Shown: positions 41,245-50,156 of the stretch, piece by piece | How positions within the stretch are numbered: the stretch's first letter is position 1 | How the letters are laid out: each line of letters begins with the position of its first letter | Source of the DNA: Capsulimonadaceae bacterium | Lineage (GTDB): Bacteria > Armatimonadota > Armatimonadia > Armatimonadales > Capsulimonadaceae | Reading direction: 5' to 3' | Assembly: GCA_965215505.1 (NCBI GenBank) | Contig: OZ244065.1 | Span: 1,440,001 to 1,504,000, forward strand | DNA: 64,000 bases | The notes under the pieces: model-generated | Told to the model about the DNA's origin: nothing | Database searches by the model: none | The model's input: only the letters and a program-made list of their open reading frames with translations | Program-made: the position numbers and the translations under genes

Positions 41245-42246
41245 TCAGATACCTAAATAAGATCTCAGATAAGCGTCGCGTAAACTCCTTGACTTAATCC
41301 GGTGAGGATTAGAGCTGCAAGCTACATAGAAATCTGCATCATCTTTTGGCCTTTCTGATATAGGCGTGTCAGATTCAAATATTTCATCGACAATAAACAA
41401 AGCATCTTCGATCTGACTTGTTCCTAGCCGCGCTTTGGCTAGAATCAAAAAGAGACTGAAAAAGATAGGTGAACGTGAGAATATTGTATCGCGGATAGCC
41501 CCAATGGGTAATGAGACGATTTTGTTAAACGTCTCGTTGAGTACAGTCTGAATAGCTTGCCGTTCAGCAAAGTCTTCGTCATACTTCTTGTATGTATCAT
41601 CAATTTGTTTCGCGCTATAATCTTGCAGGCCGTATAGAAGATTTACCACAAGTTCTGACGTGAACTGAACCTCGGTCATTCGAGCAATATCATTGGCGGA
41701 GAACAAGTTGAAGTCCCTCCACAATTGGAGACGAACGGATGACTCCTTCAAGCAAAATTGTTTGAATTCTCCACTATAAGCTGCATTCCTTTTCTCCTGT
41801 GGATTTAGAGTTTTGCTTACAGAGTTCAGCCGTCCGAACATTTCTATAACATCACTGTCGGACGCACCAATTAGGTAGCCCACCGACAAAGATGTCATCA
41901 GAAAGTTTCTCTTTTCAGAAGATGTTAAATGTTCATACTTCACCGGGCGCTCATGGTTCGGATGTCGAGCCGCGTAGTGTCCCTCAGAGTATTCGATGAT
42001 GGATCTGAGACGTTGTTGTCCATCAACAACTTCTTTGATACTTTTTTCGTTTTCCAAATCCAAGAAATGTCTGATGTACAACGAGGGTACAGGCTGCTTT
42101 TCTAAGATTGTATTAATGAGGTAGGCCTTTTGGGGACGATTCCACACAGAACGCCGCTGATACCAAGGACTAAGATTCAATTCATCAAGTCTAGCAAGGT
42201 TAAGAATGTCTTGAATTACATGTGTTTGGTAATCAACTCGGTCCAT
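41245..42246 (-). CDS. DUF262 (GmrS/ParB-like) protein
   Basis: YQRRSVW, LI.TIL...PVP, VVDGQQRL, F.RLNS, L..QE.RNA; AT-rich. Confidence 0.9.
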   Translation of the reverse strand: MDRVDYQTHVIQDILNLARLDELNLSPWYQRRSVWNRPQKAYLINTILEKQPVPSLYIRHFLDLENEKSIKEVVDGQQRLRSIIEYSEGHYAARHPNHERPVKYEHLTSSEKRNFLMTSLSVGYLIGASDSDVIEMFGRLNSVSKTLNPQEKRNAAYSGEFKQFCLKESSVRLQLWRDFNLFSANDIARMTEVQFTSELVVNLLYGLQDYSAKQIDDTYKKYDEDFAERQAIQTVLNETFNKIVSLPIGAIRDTIFSRSPIFFSLFLILAKARLGTSQIEDALFIVDEIFESDTPISERPKDDADFYVACSSNPHRIKSRSLRDAYLRSYLGI

Positions 42247-42417
42247 AAGGAATGCCTTTCAGTGTTATAATAGAACGTATTCTGCATCTGTTGTGATGCA
42301 TGTTGAAGAAGATTCGCCACGACAGCGTTACAATCCTGTGCTTTCGCAACATAATTGTCAACATTCTCTCGGCATCGTCATATATCACCGGTTGCGGATA
42401 ATCATTCCACAAGAAAT

Positions 42418-42774
42418 TCAACTGGGTGGCGCTCTGACGCATACTGCAACACTGGCCGCGATGCGATCCACGGCGTCCGCTGGCAGTACGCCCACTCTGT
42501 CCCGAAACCGCAGGAGTGACACGGTCCGTATCTGGAGCGCATCCGCCGCCGATAGCTTTGTCAAACCATTCTGCGGGGTGGGCGTCAGACGAGTCATCCA
42601 GACATAACCCCTGTAGGACTCGTTCCAGCCCGTGATCGGTATCATAACCCTTACCTGCAAGCGCCCCAACTGCTCATCGCCTATGACGACGGCTGGACGT
42701 GTTTTGCCTGTTTCTGATCCTTCCGTGGGATCGAAGTCCACCCGCCAGATTTCGCCGCGTAGCGGGCTATCCAT
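42418..42774 (-). CDS. PemK/MazF family toxin
   Basis: RGEIWRVDFDPT.GSE..KTRPAVVI, NGLTK.S.AD..QIR.VS..R. Confidence 0.93.
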   Translation of the reverse strand: MDSPLRGEIWRVDFDPTEGSETGKTRPAVVIGDEQLGRLQVRVMIPITGWNESYRGYVWMTRLTPTPQNGLTKLSAADALQIRTVSLLRFRDRVGVLPADAVDRIAASVAVCVRAPPS

Positions 42775-43084
42775 GCAGATCGTCCGTGTATTCGTGGAAG
42801 TCGCCTGTCTCCAGATCTGCCGTAAGTTGTCGCTCCGCTTCCGGCAAAGCCCTATCCGCTTCGTAGGCCGGTATGGCCCTATCCACGGACGCCTTTAAAA
42901 ACGGTTCGCGCTCCTCCGGCGATAGCGTCATTAGATACCTGGGGTCAACTTCTTCTGACTGGTAGCTCACGCTTCGCTCGAACCGGGCCAAATGATCCAT
43001 AACCTTCGAGTAGCCGTGAGTGGCGACGAGAGACTGCAACGACTGGTCCAAGATTTGTTCGTCGTGATTCAGCGTTGTGTTCAT
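42767..43084 (-). CDS. Putative antitoxin of the MazF-type toxin
   Basis: Small acidic protein overlapping both the polA stop (TAATG) and the toxin start. Confidence 0.7.
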   Translation of the reverse strand: MNTTLNHDEQILDQSLQSLVATHGYSKVMDHLARFERSVSYQSEEVDPRYLMTLSPEEREPFLKASVDRAIPAYEADRALPEAERQLTADLETGDFHEYTDDLHG

Positions 43085-45906
43085 TAGTCCTCCTCCGCAA
43101 AAAGCCCCTCTGCTATGGTATTCGCCACTAGACCGTCTGCTTCCTCCCCGTCATCATCCCCCACCGGCGTCACGTCCCACCAATTATGGCCGGACTTGAC
43201 TTCCGCCCGCAGCGGCACGTCCAGCGGATAGGCGTTCTGCATGGCGTCGCGCACCAGATCAGCCAGCGGGCGAACCTCATCCTCGGGACACTCGAACAGC
43301 AGCTCATCATGGACCTGGAGGACCATCTGCGCGCCGAGGCCGCTCGCGGACAGCGCCTTGTCAACGTGCAGCATCGCCAGCTTGATGATGTCGGCGCTCG
43401 TCCCCTGCACGGGCATGTTGGCGGCCTCGCGCTCCGCCGCCTGGCGGAACTGGAAGACGCGGGAGTTGATGTCGGGGACGTAGCGGCGGCGGCCCGAGAG
43501 CGTCTGGACGTATCCCTTCTCGCGCGCCCCGTCCAGCACGGTTTCCAAATAGGCGCGGACGCCGGGGTACAGCGCGAGGTACGCCTTGATGAGTTCCGCA
43601 GCGCGCACCTGGGTGATGCCAAGCTCGATAGCGACCCGGAAGGGGCTGGCCCCGTAGATGACGGCGAAGTTGATAGTCTTGGCCTGCCGCCGCTGGTCGT
43701 GCGTGACAGGCTGGTCTTCGGGGACCTCGAAGATGCGGCGGGCGGTCTGGGCGTGGATGTCGCCGTCGGTCTGGAAGGCTTCCACCAGGCCGGGGTCCTT
43801 GGTGATATGCGCGAACAGCCGCAGCTCGATCTGCGAGTAATCGGCGGAGACCAGGACGCGGCCCTTGGAGGCGACGAAGCCCTTGCGAATCTCGCGCCCG
43901 ATCTCGGTGCGGACGGGGATGTTTTGCAGGTTGGGGTTGGACGACGACAGCCGCCCCGTACTGGCGACAGTCTGGTTCAGCGACGTATGCACCTTGCCGG
44001 TCGCCGGATTAATAAGCGCGGGCAGTGCGTCGGCGTAGGTGCTCTTGAGCTTAGACACTTCGCGCCACCGGACGATCTTGCCGGCGATCTCGTGGCCCTT
44101 CGCGGCGAGGTCTTCCAGCACTTCGGCCCCGGTCGAGTAGCCGGTCTTGGTTTTCTTGCCGATGGGCAGTTTCAGCTTGTCGAACAGGACCTCTTGAAGC
44201 TGCTTGGTCGAGCCGACCGAGAACTTCTGCCCGGCCAGCTCGAATATCTCGGCTTCGAGCGAGGCCACCTGCTCCCCGAGGTTCCGCCCCGCCTCGCGCA
44301 GCAGGTCGGCGTCCACGGACACCCCCGCCCGCTCCATGCCGGCGATGATCGGCGCGAGCGGCATCTCGATGTCGGTGAAGATGCCTTGCAGGCCGTCCCG
44401 CTCCAGACGGGGCGCGAGGGTGGCCTCCAGCGCTTGGACGGCCCGCGCCTCGTCCATGGCCCCCGCCTCTGGGTGTTCAGGATCGGTTACAAGTTCCATG
44501 CCGACGTTGTCGGCGGCGAGGTCGGCCAGCGGGTAGCCCGACCGGCCCGCGTTCAGCAGGTAGGCCGCCAGCAGGATGTCAAAGGCAACGCCGCGCAGTG
44601 TGACCCCGTTCCGGCCCAAAACGCCGGTCGCGAGTTTCAGATCATGCACGGACTTGGCGCGGGCCACGTCTTCTAAATACGGCGTCAGGGCCTCGCCCCA
44701 ATCGGCCCAGGCCGCGTAAAAGGCACTATCCGGCAGGCCAAAGGCCACGCCCTGCAATTCCGCGTTCATCAGCGATATGGCGGCGAGCTTGACCCCGTCG
44801 GGCGGCGTCATGTGAAGTTGGACGCCGACCGGCGCGTCGGCCTCGGCGAGCCGGGCCAGCAGCGCGTCTAGCTGCCCCTGCGTTGTGATGATCTGGCCCT
44901 CGACGTTGGAGGAAGGGTCGGGGGACCCGACCCCTACGGCGCGTAGGGGCGGGGTCCCCCCGCCCTCTCTCCCTTCCCCGTTCTGCTCTATCGCCTTCGC
45001 CCGCTGGTCCCGCTCCAAGCCCGGCAGGCGCTTGACCAGGGTGCGGAACTCCAATCGCTCGAACAACTCTTTGACGGCCTCGAAGTCCGGCCCTTCCGCC
45101 TGGTAATCGGGCGACAGCTTCACCCACTCCGGCAGGGGCACGTCGCGGACGATGGTCGCCAGCCGCTTGCACTGGAGGGCGATGTCGGTGTGGGTGATGA
45201 GCGCGGCCTTGATCTTCTCGGGCTGCTCGTCCACATGAAACAGCAGGTTTTCCAGCGTCCCATAATCTTTAAGCAGCTTGGAGGCCCCCTTCTCCCCAAT
45301 GCCGGGGACGCCGGGCAGGTTGTCCGAGCTGTCCCCTTTAAGCCCCTTGAAGTCGGGGATCTGGGCGGGGGTCAGCCCGTAGCGGGTGCGGACGGCGGCC
45401 TCGTCATAGACGACCGTATCGGTCACGCCCTTGACCGTGATCATGGCCTGGACCTGACCCCGCCCTTCCAGGGGGCTGCCATCATCCACCAGTTGCAAGG
45501 CGTCACCGTCCCCGGTGACGATCAGCACGTCATAGCCCTGGTGCTTGGCGATCTCCGCCAATGTCCCGCACACGTCGTCGGCCTCGTAGCCCTCCACCTC
45601 GACATTCGGCACCCGAAAAGCTGCTGCCACCTCGCGGGCTAAAGCGCGCTGCGGCTTCAAGTCGTCCGGCATGGACTTCCGAGTCCCCTTGTACGATTCC
45701 AATTCTTTGTGCCGGAACGTCGCGACGGGGGGGTCAAAGGCGGCAAAGATGGCGTCCGGCTTCTCGCGCTCCAATATCGTCAGCAGCATCAGGACGAACG
45801 AGTAGACGGCGTTGGTGGGCAGCCGGTCCGACGTGGACAGGGCGCGCATGGCGAAGAAGCCCCGGTAGAGGAGGCTGTTGCCGTCGAGGATGACGAGTTT
45901 TGGCAT
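43084..45906 (-). CDS. polA: DNA polymerase I
   Basis: LDGNSLLYR, GYEADD, GDSSDNLPG; TGRLSSSNPNLQNIP, ADYSQIELR, AK.INF..IYG, QVHDELLFE. Confidence 0.97.
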   Translation of the reverse strand: MPKLVILDGNSLLYRGFFAMRALSTSDRLPTNAVYSFVLMLLTILEREKPDAIFAAFDPPVATFRHKELESYKGTRKSMPDDLKPQRALAREVAAAFRVPNVEVEGYEADDVCGTLAEIAKHQGYDVLIVTGDGDALQLVDDGSPLEGRGQVQAMITVKGVTDTVVYDEAAVRTRYGLTPAQIPDFKGLKGDSSDNLPGVPGIGEKGASKLLKDYGTLENLLFHVDEQPEKIKAALITHTDIALQCKRLATIVRDVPLPEWVKLSPDYQAEGPDFEAVKELFERLEFRTLVKRLPGLERDQRAKAIEQNGEGREGGGTPPLRAVGVGSPDPSSNVEGQIITTQGQLDALLARLAEADAPVGVQLHMTPPDGVKLAAISLMNAELQGVAFGLPDSAFYAAWADWGEALTPYLEDVARAKSVHDLKLATGVLGRNGVTLRGVAFDILLAAYLLNAGRSGYPLADLAADNVGMELVTDPEHPEAGAMDEARAVQALEATLAPRLERDGLQGIFTDIEMPLAPIIAGMERAGVSVDADLLREAGRNLGEQVASLEAEIFELAGQKFSVGSTKQLQEVLFDKLKLPIGKKTKTGYSTGAEVLEDLAAKGHEIAGKIVRWREVSKLKSTYADALPALINPATGKVHTSLNQTVASTGRLSSSNPNLQNIPVRTEIGREIRKGFVASKGRVLVSADYSQIELRLFAHITKDPGLVEAFQTDGDIHAQTARRIFEVPEDQPVTHDQRRQAKTINFAVIYGASPFRVAIELGITQVRAAELIKAYLALYPGVRAYLETVLDGAREKGYVQTLSGRRRYVPDINSRVFQFRQAAEREAANMPVQGTSADIIKLAMLHVDKALSASGLGAQMVLQVHDELLFECPEDEVRPLADLVRDAMQNAYPLDVPLRAEVKSGHNWWDVTPVGDDDGEEADGLVANTIAEGLFAEED
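44912..44967. repeat. GTAG-type REP doublet inside the polA coding sequence
   Basis: GAAGGGTCGGGGGACCCGACCCCTAC-GGCGC-GTAGGGGCGGGGTCCCCCCGCCCTC; same architecture as the intergenic copies. Confidence 0.8.
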
Positions 45907-45950
45907 GATGCCTAGAGTATACCCGGCAGGAGTCGAACGCAAAAGAAAAA

Positions 45951-45974
45951 GGGCGGGATGAACCCCGCCCCTAC
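45951..45974. repeat. Single GTAG-type REP, may act as a terminator
   Basis: GGGCGGGATGAACCCCGCCCCTAC preceded by an A-run (T-run on the minus strand). Confidence 0.7.
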
Positions 45975-46009
45975 CCTCTTTATCCCTTCCTGCTCCTGTC
46001 CGTTCTCGC

Positions 46010-47329
46010 CTACACCACTGACCGCTTCCGGTACTCCCGCAGCCCGTACCGGCCCACCAGCAAAGCCGGTATCCAGAGCGGGGCGTAGGCCAGCAGCCAG
46101 ATCGCCAGGGCGATCAAGGCGGTGGTCGAGGAGACCAGCGACCCGAGGGAGTCATGAGTGTTGGACTTCAGGCCGTTCAGGAACCCGCCCGTCGACGGGG
46201 CCGCCGCCTGCGGCTTGGGCGTCTGGCTCAGGTCAATCGTGACCGTGGAGAGTGCGGCCATGCGCTTCAGCAGGACCAACCGGGCGCGCGCCTCGGCGAG
46301 CTGTGTCCGCAGGTCGCGCGTGGCCTGCTCGTCGTGCCACTTCGCCCGTGACCCCAGCGCCTTCAGACGGGCCTCAGAATTCTGCACGTCGCCTTCCAGG
46401 ACGTTCTCCGTCTGGTCGGCGTCGCTGGCCTTCTCAGTGATGTCTTCGCCGGTGATGTTCTTGGACTGGACGTTGCCGAGGTGCGCGACCTGACCCAGAA
46501 ACGTCTCGAACTGTGTGACGGGGACCTTGACGGTCAACTCCGCCGTTTTGAGGCCGTCCTCGCCGGTGCTAAGGTTGTTGGCGGCGACAAAGCCGCCGGT
46601 CTCCTTGACCATGTCCGCCACCTTGTCGCTAGTGGCCTCGGGGTTCGCCACCTGGACGCCGATGGTCGCCTCTTTGTGTACCTGCCTCTGGGTGGCATTG
46701 AAAGCCGCTGGCGGCTTGAAGGCCGAGGGATAACCCGCGCCCCCGCCACCTGGGTAGCTCCCATTGACGGTGATGCTGCCATCTGCGGACCGTGATGGCG
46801 CGGATGCCGCTGCCGGTGGCGACATGGGTGCGATACGACGCAGGTAAGCCATAGGCGGCGGTGGCGCGGCAGACGGCGGCGCGGCTCCCAGCGTGGTTGG
46901 TCCAGATGCCCCCCCCGATGAAGTGATCCTTCTGGCGTCCTCGTGGACGTGCTGGAACACAGGGAAGAACACGAACCAGGCGACCAAAGCCGCCCCGGCC
47001 AGAGTCCAGCCCAGGGCAAGGCGGTTCCGCCCCCGCGCCCCCAGCCTTGCGGGCGGGGGAGAGGAGGGCGCGGCAAGCGGTGCCCCTGCGGCGTCGGCAC
47101 CGTCAGGGTTAGGGGCGATCCCCAGTATCTTCGCCCGCAGGGCGGGGTCGAGCGCGCCTTCGGGTTCGGACGCGCGGAGGTCTTCGGCGATCTGTGTCAT
47201 TTGGGTCAACTCCTCTCGGCAGGACGCGCAGCGCGTCAGGTGGCGGCGGACGGCGAGGCGGAGGGGCCACGACAATTCGCCGTCGGCGTAGGCTTTCAGG
47301 TCATCTTGGAAGCGGGCGTGGTCGGTCAT
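46010..47329 (-). CDS. Anti-sigma factor (zf-HC2) fused to DUF4349
   Basis: HLTRCASC zinc motif, TM helix, DUF4349-like C-terminus (LTVKVP, ITGEDIT, STVTIDL, terminal TM). Confidence 0.85.
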   Translation of the reverse strand: MTDHARFQDDLKAYADGELSWPLRLAVRRHLTRCASCREELTQMTQIAEDLRASEPEGALDPALRAKILGIAPNPDGADAAGAPLAAPSSPPPARLGARGRNRLALGWTLAGAALVAWFVFFPVFQHVHEDARRITSSGGASGPTTLGAAPPSAAPPPPMAYLRRIAPMSPPAAASAPSRSADGSITVNGSYPGGGGAGYPSAFKPPAAFNATQRQVHKEATIGVQVANPEATSDKVADMVKETGGFVAANNLSTGEDGLKTAELTVKVPVTQFETFLGQVAHLGNVQSKNITGEDITEKASDADQTENVLEGDVQNSEARLKALGSRAKWHDEQATRDLRTQLAEARARLVLLKRMAALSTVTIDLSQTPKPQAAAPSTGGFLNGLKSNTHDSLGSLVSSTTALIALAIWLLAYAPLWIPALLVGRYGLREYRKRSVV

Positions 47330-47898
47330 GGGGCGGCCTCCGGGAGCGGCGCGTCGGCCAGGACGTAGCCGCTCAACGTCCCGCGCAGGCGGCGGAAGGC
47401 GTAGGACAGGCGGGACTTGACGGTCCCCTCCGGCACTCGCAGCACGGCGGCGCATTCGCGGTAGGTCAGCTCCTGCATCTCGTGGAGGATCACCACGTCG
47501 CGCTGCTCGGGCGAAAGTCCGTCCAAAGCCGCGTGGACCTGCTCGGACAGCTCGCGCCGGGCGGCGTGGTGGGCGGGGCCATGCTCCTCCGCCTCGCGCT
47601 CGCCCAGGGTTTCGTCATAGGGGACGGTGACGGCATGGCTACGGCCCGCGTGGCGGCGGCAGTGGTTGAGGGCGACGCGCCACACCCAGGTCGCAAGAGT
47701 CGAGTCGCCGCGAAAGCTCCCCATGCTCCGGTAGAGGTCCACGAAGATCTCCTGCGTCAAGTCCTCGGCATCCGCCTCGCAGGCGGCGTAGCGGCGCACC
47801 AGCCGGTGCAGGCGCGGGCCGTAGTCGTCCACGAAGGCGGCGAATGCGCCCGCGTCCCCTGCCGCTATTCGGTTTGCCAGCCGCCTGTCGTCTCGCAC
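47326..47898 (-). CDS. ECF RNA polymerase sigma factor
   Basis: DAEDLTQE.F, FRG.S...TW..R.A.N, EGTVKSRL; overlaps the anti-sigma start. Confidence 0.93.
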   Translation of the reverse strand: MRDDRRLANRIAAGDAGAFAAFVDDYGPRLHRLVRRYAACEADAEDLTQEIFVDLYRSMGSFRGDSTLATWVWRVALNHCRRHAGRSHAVTVPYDETLGEREAEEHGPAHHAARRELSEQVHAALDGLSPEQRDVVILHEMQELTYRECAAVLRVPEGTVKSRLSYAFRRLRGTLSGYVLADAPLPEAAP

Positions 47899-48001
47899 GG
47901 TTTGCGCCTCTGTGTCCGCTCTCGTTTAGTTTGTTACATTAGGCCGCTAAAAGGTTCAAAGGGAACGGAAATATCGGGAAATATATTTACTAGTTTGTTT
48001 A

Positions 48002-48030
48002 TAGACAATTAGATATAAAGCGGGTATCAT
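48002..48030 (+). promoter_or_regulatory. sigma70 promoter of the sulfate uptake operon
   Basis: TAGACA-N17-TATCAT with an AT-rich upstream tract. Confidence 0.6.
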
Positions 48031-48144
48031 GTCCGCGAACCCGGCAGCCGCGCAAGCCAGCTTCCCACTTGCTTTTGTGGCGGGCCGTTGGGTATCCTTT
48101 GGGCGGCTCGTGTGCCGCCGAACTTTTCCGTATAAGGTGGACCA

Positions 48145-49206
48145 GTGATGAGACTCTTTCCGGCGCGCACGACAGCCATTCTGATTTTGTTCCTGACGGC
48201 GGCGGTCCTCGCGGGCTGCTCTTCGCACAAGCCCACAAGCACAGGCGGCGGGGGTCAGCCGGCCGCTTCCGGGGCCGCCACAATGCTGAACGTCTCGTAT
48301 GACCCGACGCGCGAGTTTTACCAGGACTACAACAAGGCCTTCACGGCCTACTGGCAGAGCAAGAGTGGCCAGGCCGTCACCATCCAGCAGTCCCACGGCG
48401 GGTCGGGCAAGCAGGCCCAGGCCGTCCGCGACGGGCTGGGGGCGGACGTGGTGACGCTGGGCATCGCCTCCGACATTGATGCGCTCGCCGCAGCCGGGCT
48501 GATCAAGACGGACTGGCAGAAGCGGCTGGCGAATAACAGCGCGCCCTACACGTCCACGGTCGTCTTCCTGGTCCGCAAGGGCAACCCGAAGGGCATCAAG
48601 GACTGGCCCGACCTGATCAAGCCGGGCGTTTCGGTCATCACGCCCAACCCGAAGTCATCCAGCGGCGGACGCTGGAGCTATCTCGCCGCCTACGGCTATG
48701 CGCTTCAGCAGCCCGGCGGCACCCAGGACACGGCCAAGGCGTACATCGCGCATCTCTATAAGAACGTGCCCATCCTGGACTCGGGGGCGCGCGGCAGCAC
48801 CGTGACGTTCACCCAGCACCACGTCGGGGATGTCCTGCTGGCCTGGGAGAATGAGGCGTATTTGGCGACCAACAAGATCGGCAAAGGGCAGTACGACATC
48901 GTCTACCCCTCGGTCAGCATCCTCGCCGAGCCGCCGGTCGCCGTCGTGGATAAAAACGTGGACGCGCACAACACGCGGGCCGTGGCCGAAGCGTACCTGA
49001 GCTACCTGTACACCCCCGAGGGGCAGGACATCATCGCGCGGAACTACTACCGGCCCCGATTGGCGGCCGTCGCCCAGAAGTACGCCGCTCAGTTCCCGCC
49101 GATCAAGCTGTTCACCGTGGACCAGGCCTTCGGCGGCGTTGCGGCGGCCCAGAAGACGCACTTCGCCGACGGCGGCGTCTTCGACCAGATCTACGTCAAG
49201 AAGTAA
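48145..49206 (+). CDS. sbp: Sulfate ABC transporter substrate-binding lipoprotein
   Basis: Lipobox LAGC; LNVSYDPTRE, QSHGGSGKQ, TPNPK.S.G.RW, WENEA. Confidence 0.95.
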   Translation: MMRLFPARTTAILILFLTAAVLAGCSSHKPTSTGGGGQPAASGAATMLNVSYDPTREFYQDYNKAFTAYWQSKSGQAVTIQQSHGGSGKQAQAVRDGLGADVVTLGIASDIDALAAAGLIKTDWQKRLANNSAPYTSTVVFLVRKGNPKGIKDWPDLIKPGVSVITPNPKSSSGGRWSYLAAYGYALQQPGGTQDTAKAYIAHLYKNVPILDSGARGSTVTFTQHHVGDVLLAWENEAYLATNKIGKGQYDIVYPSVSILAEPPVAVVDKNVDAHNTRAVAEAYLSYLYTPEGQDIIARNYYRPRLAAVAQKYAAQFPPIKLFTVDQAFGGVAAAQKTHFADGGVFDQIYVKK

Positions 49207-49242
49207 AGCCACGCCTTGAAAGGCGCGGGCGGTTCGTAACTT

Positions 49243-49267
49243 GTAGGGGCGGGGTCGCCCCGCCCTC
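49243..49267. repeat. Single GTAG-type REP
   Basis: GTAGGGGCGGGGTCGCCCCGCCCTC between sbp and cysT. Confidence 0.75.
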
Positions 49268-49300
49268 TTCTGCCCCGAAAGGCCTCGCACAAGAAACCCT

Positions 49301-50155
49301 ATGGCCGTCGCCGTCACACAACTTAAGGCACACAAACCTCGGCGCATCCTGCCCGGCTTCGGCCTGTCGCTCGGCTACACCCTGCTCTATCTGGGCCTGC
49401 TGGTGCTGCTCCCGCTCTCCACGGCCTTCGTCAAGGCGGCGACGGTGGGACACGCCCAGGTCTGGCAGACCATCACCGACCCGCGCACCGTCGCCGCTTT
49501 TCGGCTTACCTTCGGCACGTCCGCCCTTGCCGCCGCCCTGAACGCCGTATTCGGCCTGCTGGTCGCCTGGACACTGGTCCGCTACCCGTTCCCCGGTCGG
49601 CGCGTGATTGACGGGTTGGTTGATCTGCCGTTTGCCCTGCCGACGGCGGTGGCGGGCATCTGCCTGAGTGCCGTCTACGCCGAGAACGGCTGGATCGGGC
49701 GATGGCTGGCCCCACACGGCATCCGCGTCTCGTACACGCCGCTAGGAATATTAGTCGCCCTGGTCTTCATCGGCCTGCCCTTCGTCGTCCGCACCGTCCA
49801 GCCCGTTTTGCAGGACCTGGAGGCCGACGTTGAGGAAGCCGCCGCCAGTTTGGGGGCCAATCGGTTCCAGATATTCACGCGCGTCCTGCTCCCCACCCTG
49901 CTGCCCGCCGTCTTGACCGGGGCGACTCTGGCCTTCGCGCGGGCCTTGGGCGAGTATGGCTCGGTGATCTTCATCTCGGACAACATCCCGCTGAAGGGCG
50001 AGATCGTCCCCAAGCTGATCATGGACAAGCTGGACCAGTTCGACTACGCGGGCGCGACCGTCATCGCCGTCGTCATGCTGCTGATCTCCTTCCTGCTGCT
50101 GCTCCTAGTCAACCTGCTGCAATGGTGGACTCGAAAACGCCTGGGGATGAGCTAG
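49301..50155 (+). CDS. cysT: Sulfate ABC transporter permease CysT (CysU)
   Basis: LPGFGLSLG, DLPFALPTAVAG, LPFVVRTVQPVL, EEAA..LGA. Confidence 0.95.
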   Translation: MAVAVTQLKAHKPRRILPGFGLSLGYTLLYLGLLVLLPLSTAFVKAATVGHAQVWQTITDPRTVAAFRLTFGTSALAAALNAVFGLLVAWTLVRYPFPGRRVIDGLVDLPFALPTAVAGICLSAVYAENGWIGRWLAPHGIRVSYTPLGILVALVFIGLPFVVRTVQPVLQDLEADVEEAAASLGANRFQIFTRVLLPTLLPAVLTGATLAFARALGEYGSVIFISDNIPLKGEIVPKLIMDKLDQFDYAGATVIAVVMLLISFLLLLLVNLLQWWTRKRLGMS

Positions 50156-50156
50156 G

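Noticed and set aside
40440-43084. Prophage or integrative element
   Set aside because: No integrase, tRNA target, att direct repeats or phage genes visible.
48031-48144. SAM or other sulfur riboswitch in the sbp leader
   Set aside because: No SAM-I/II/IV core motifs recognisable.
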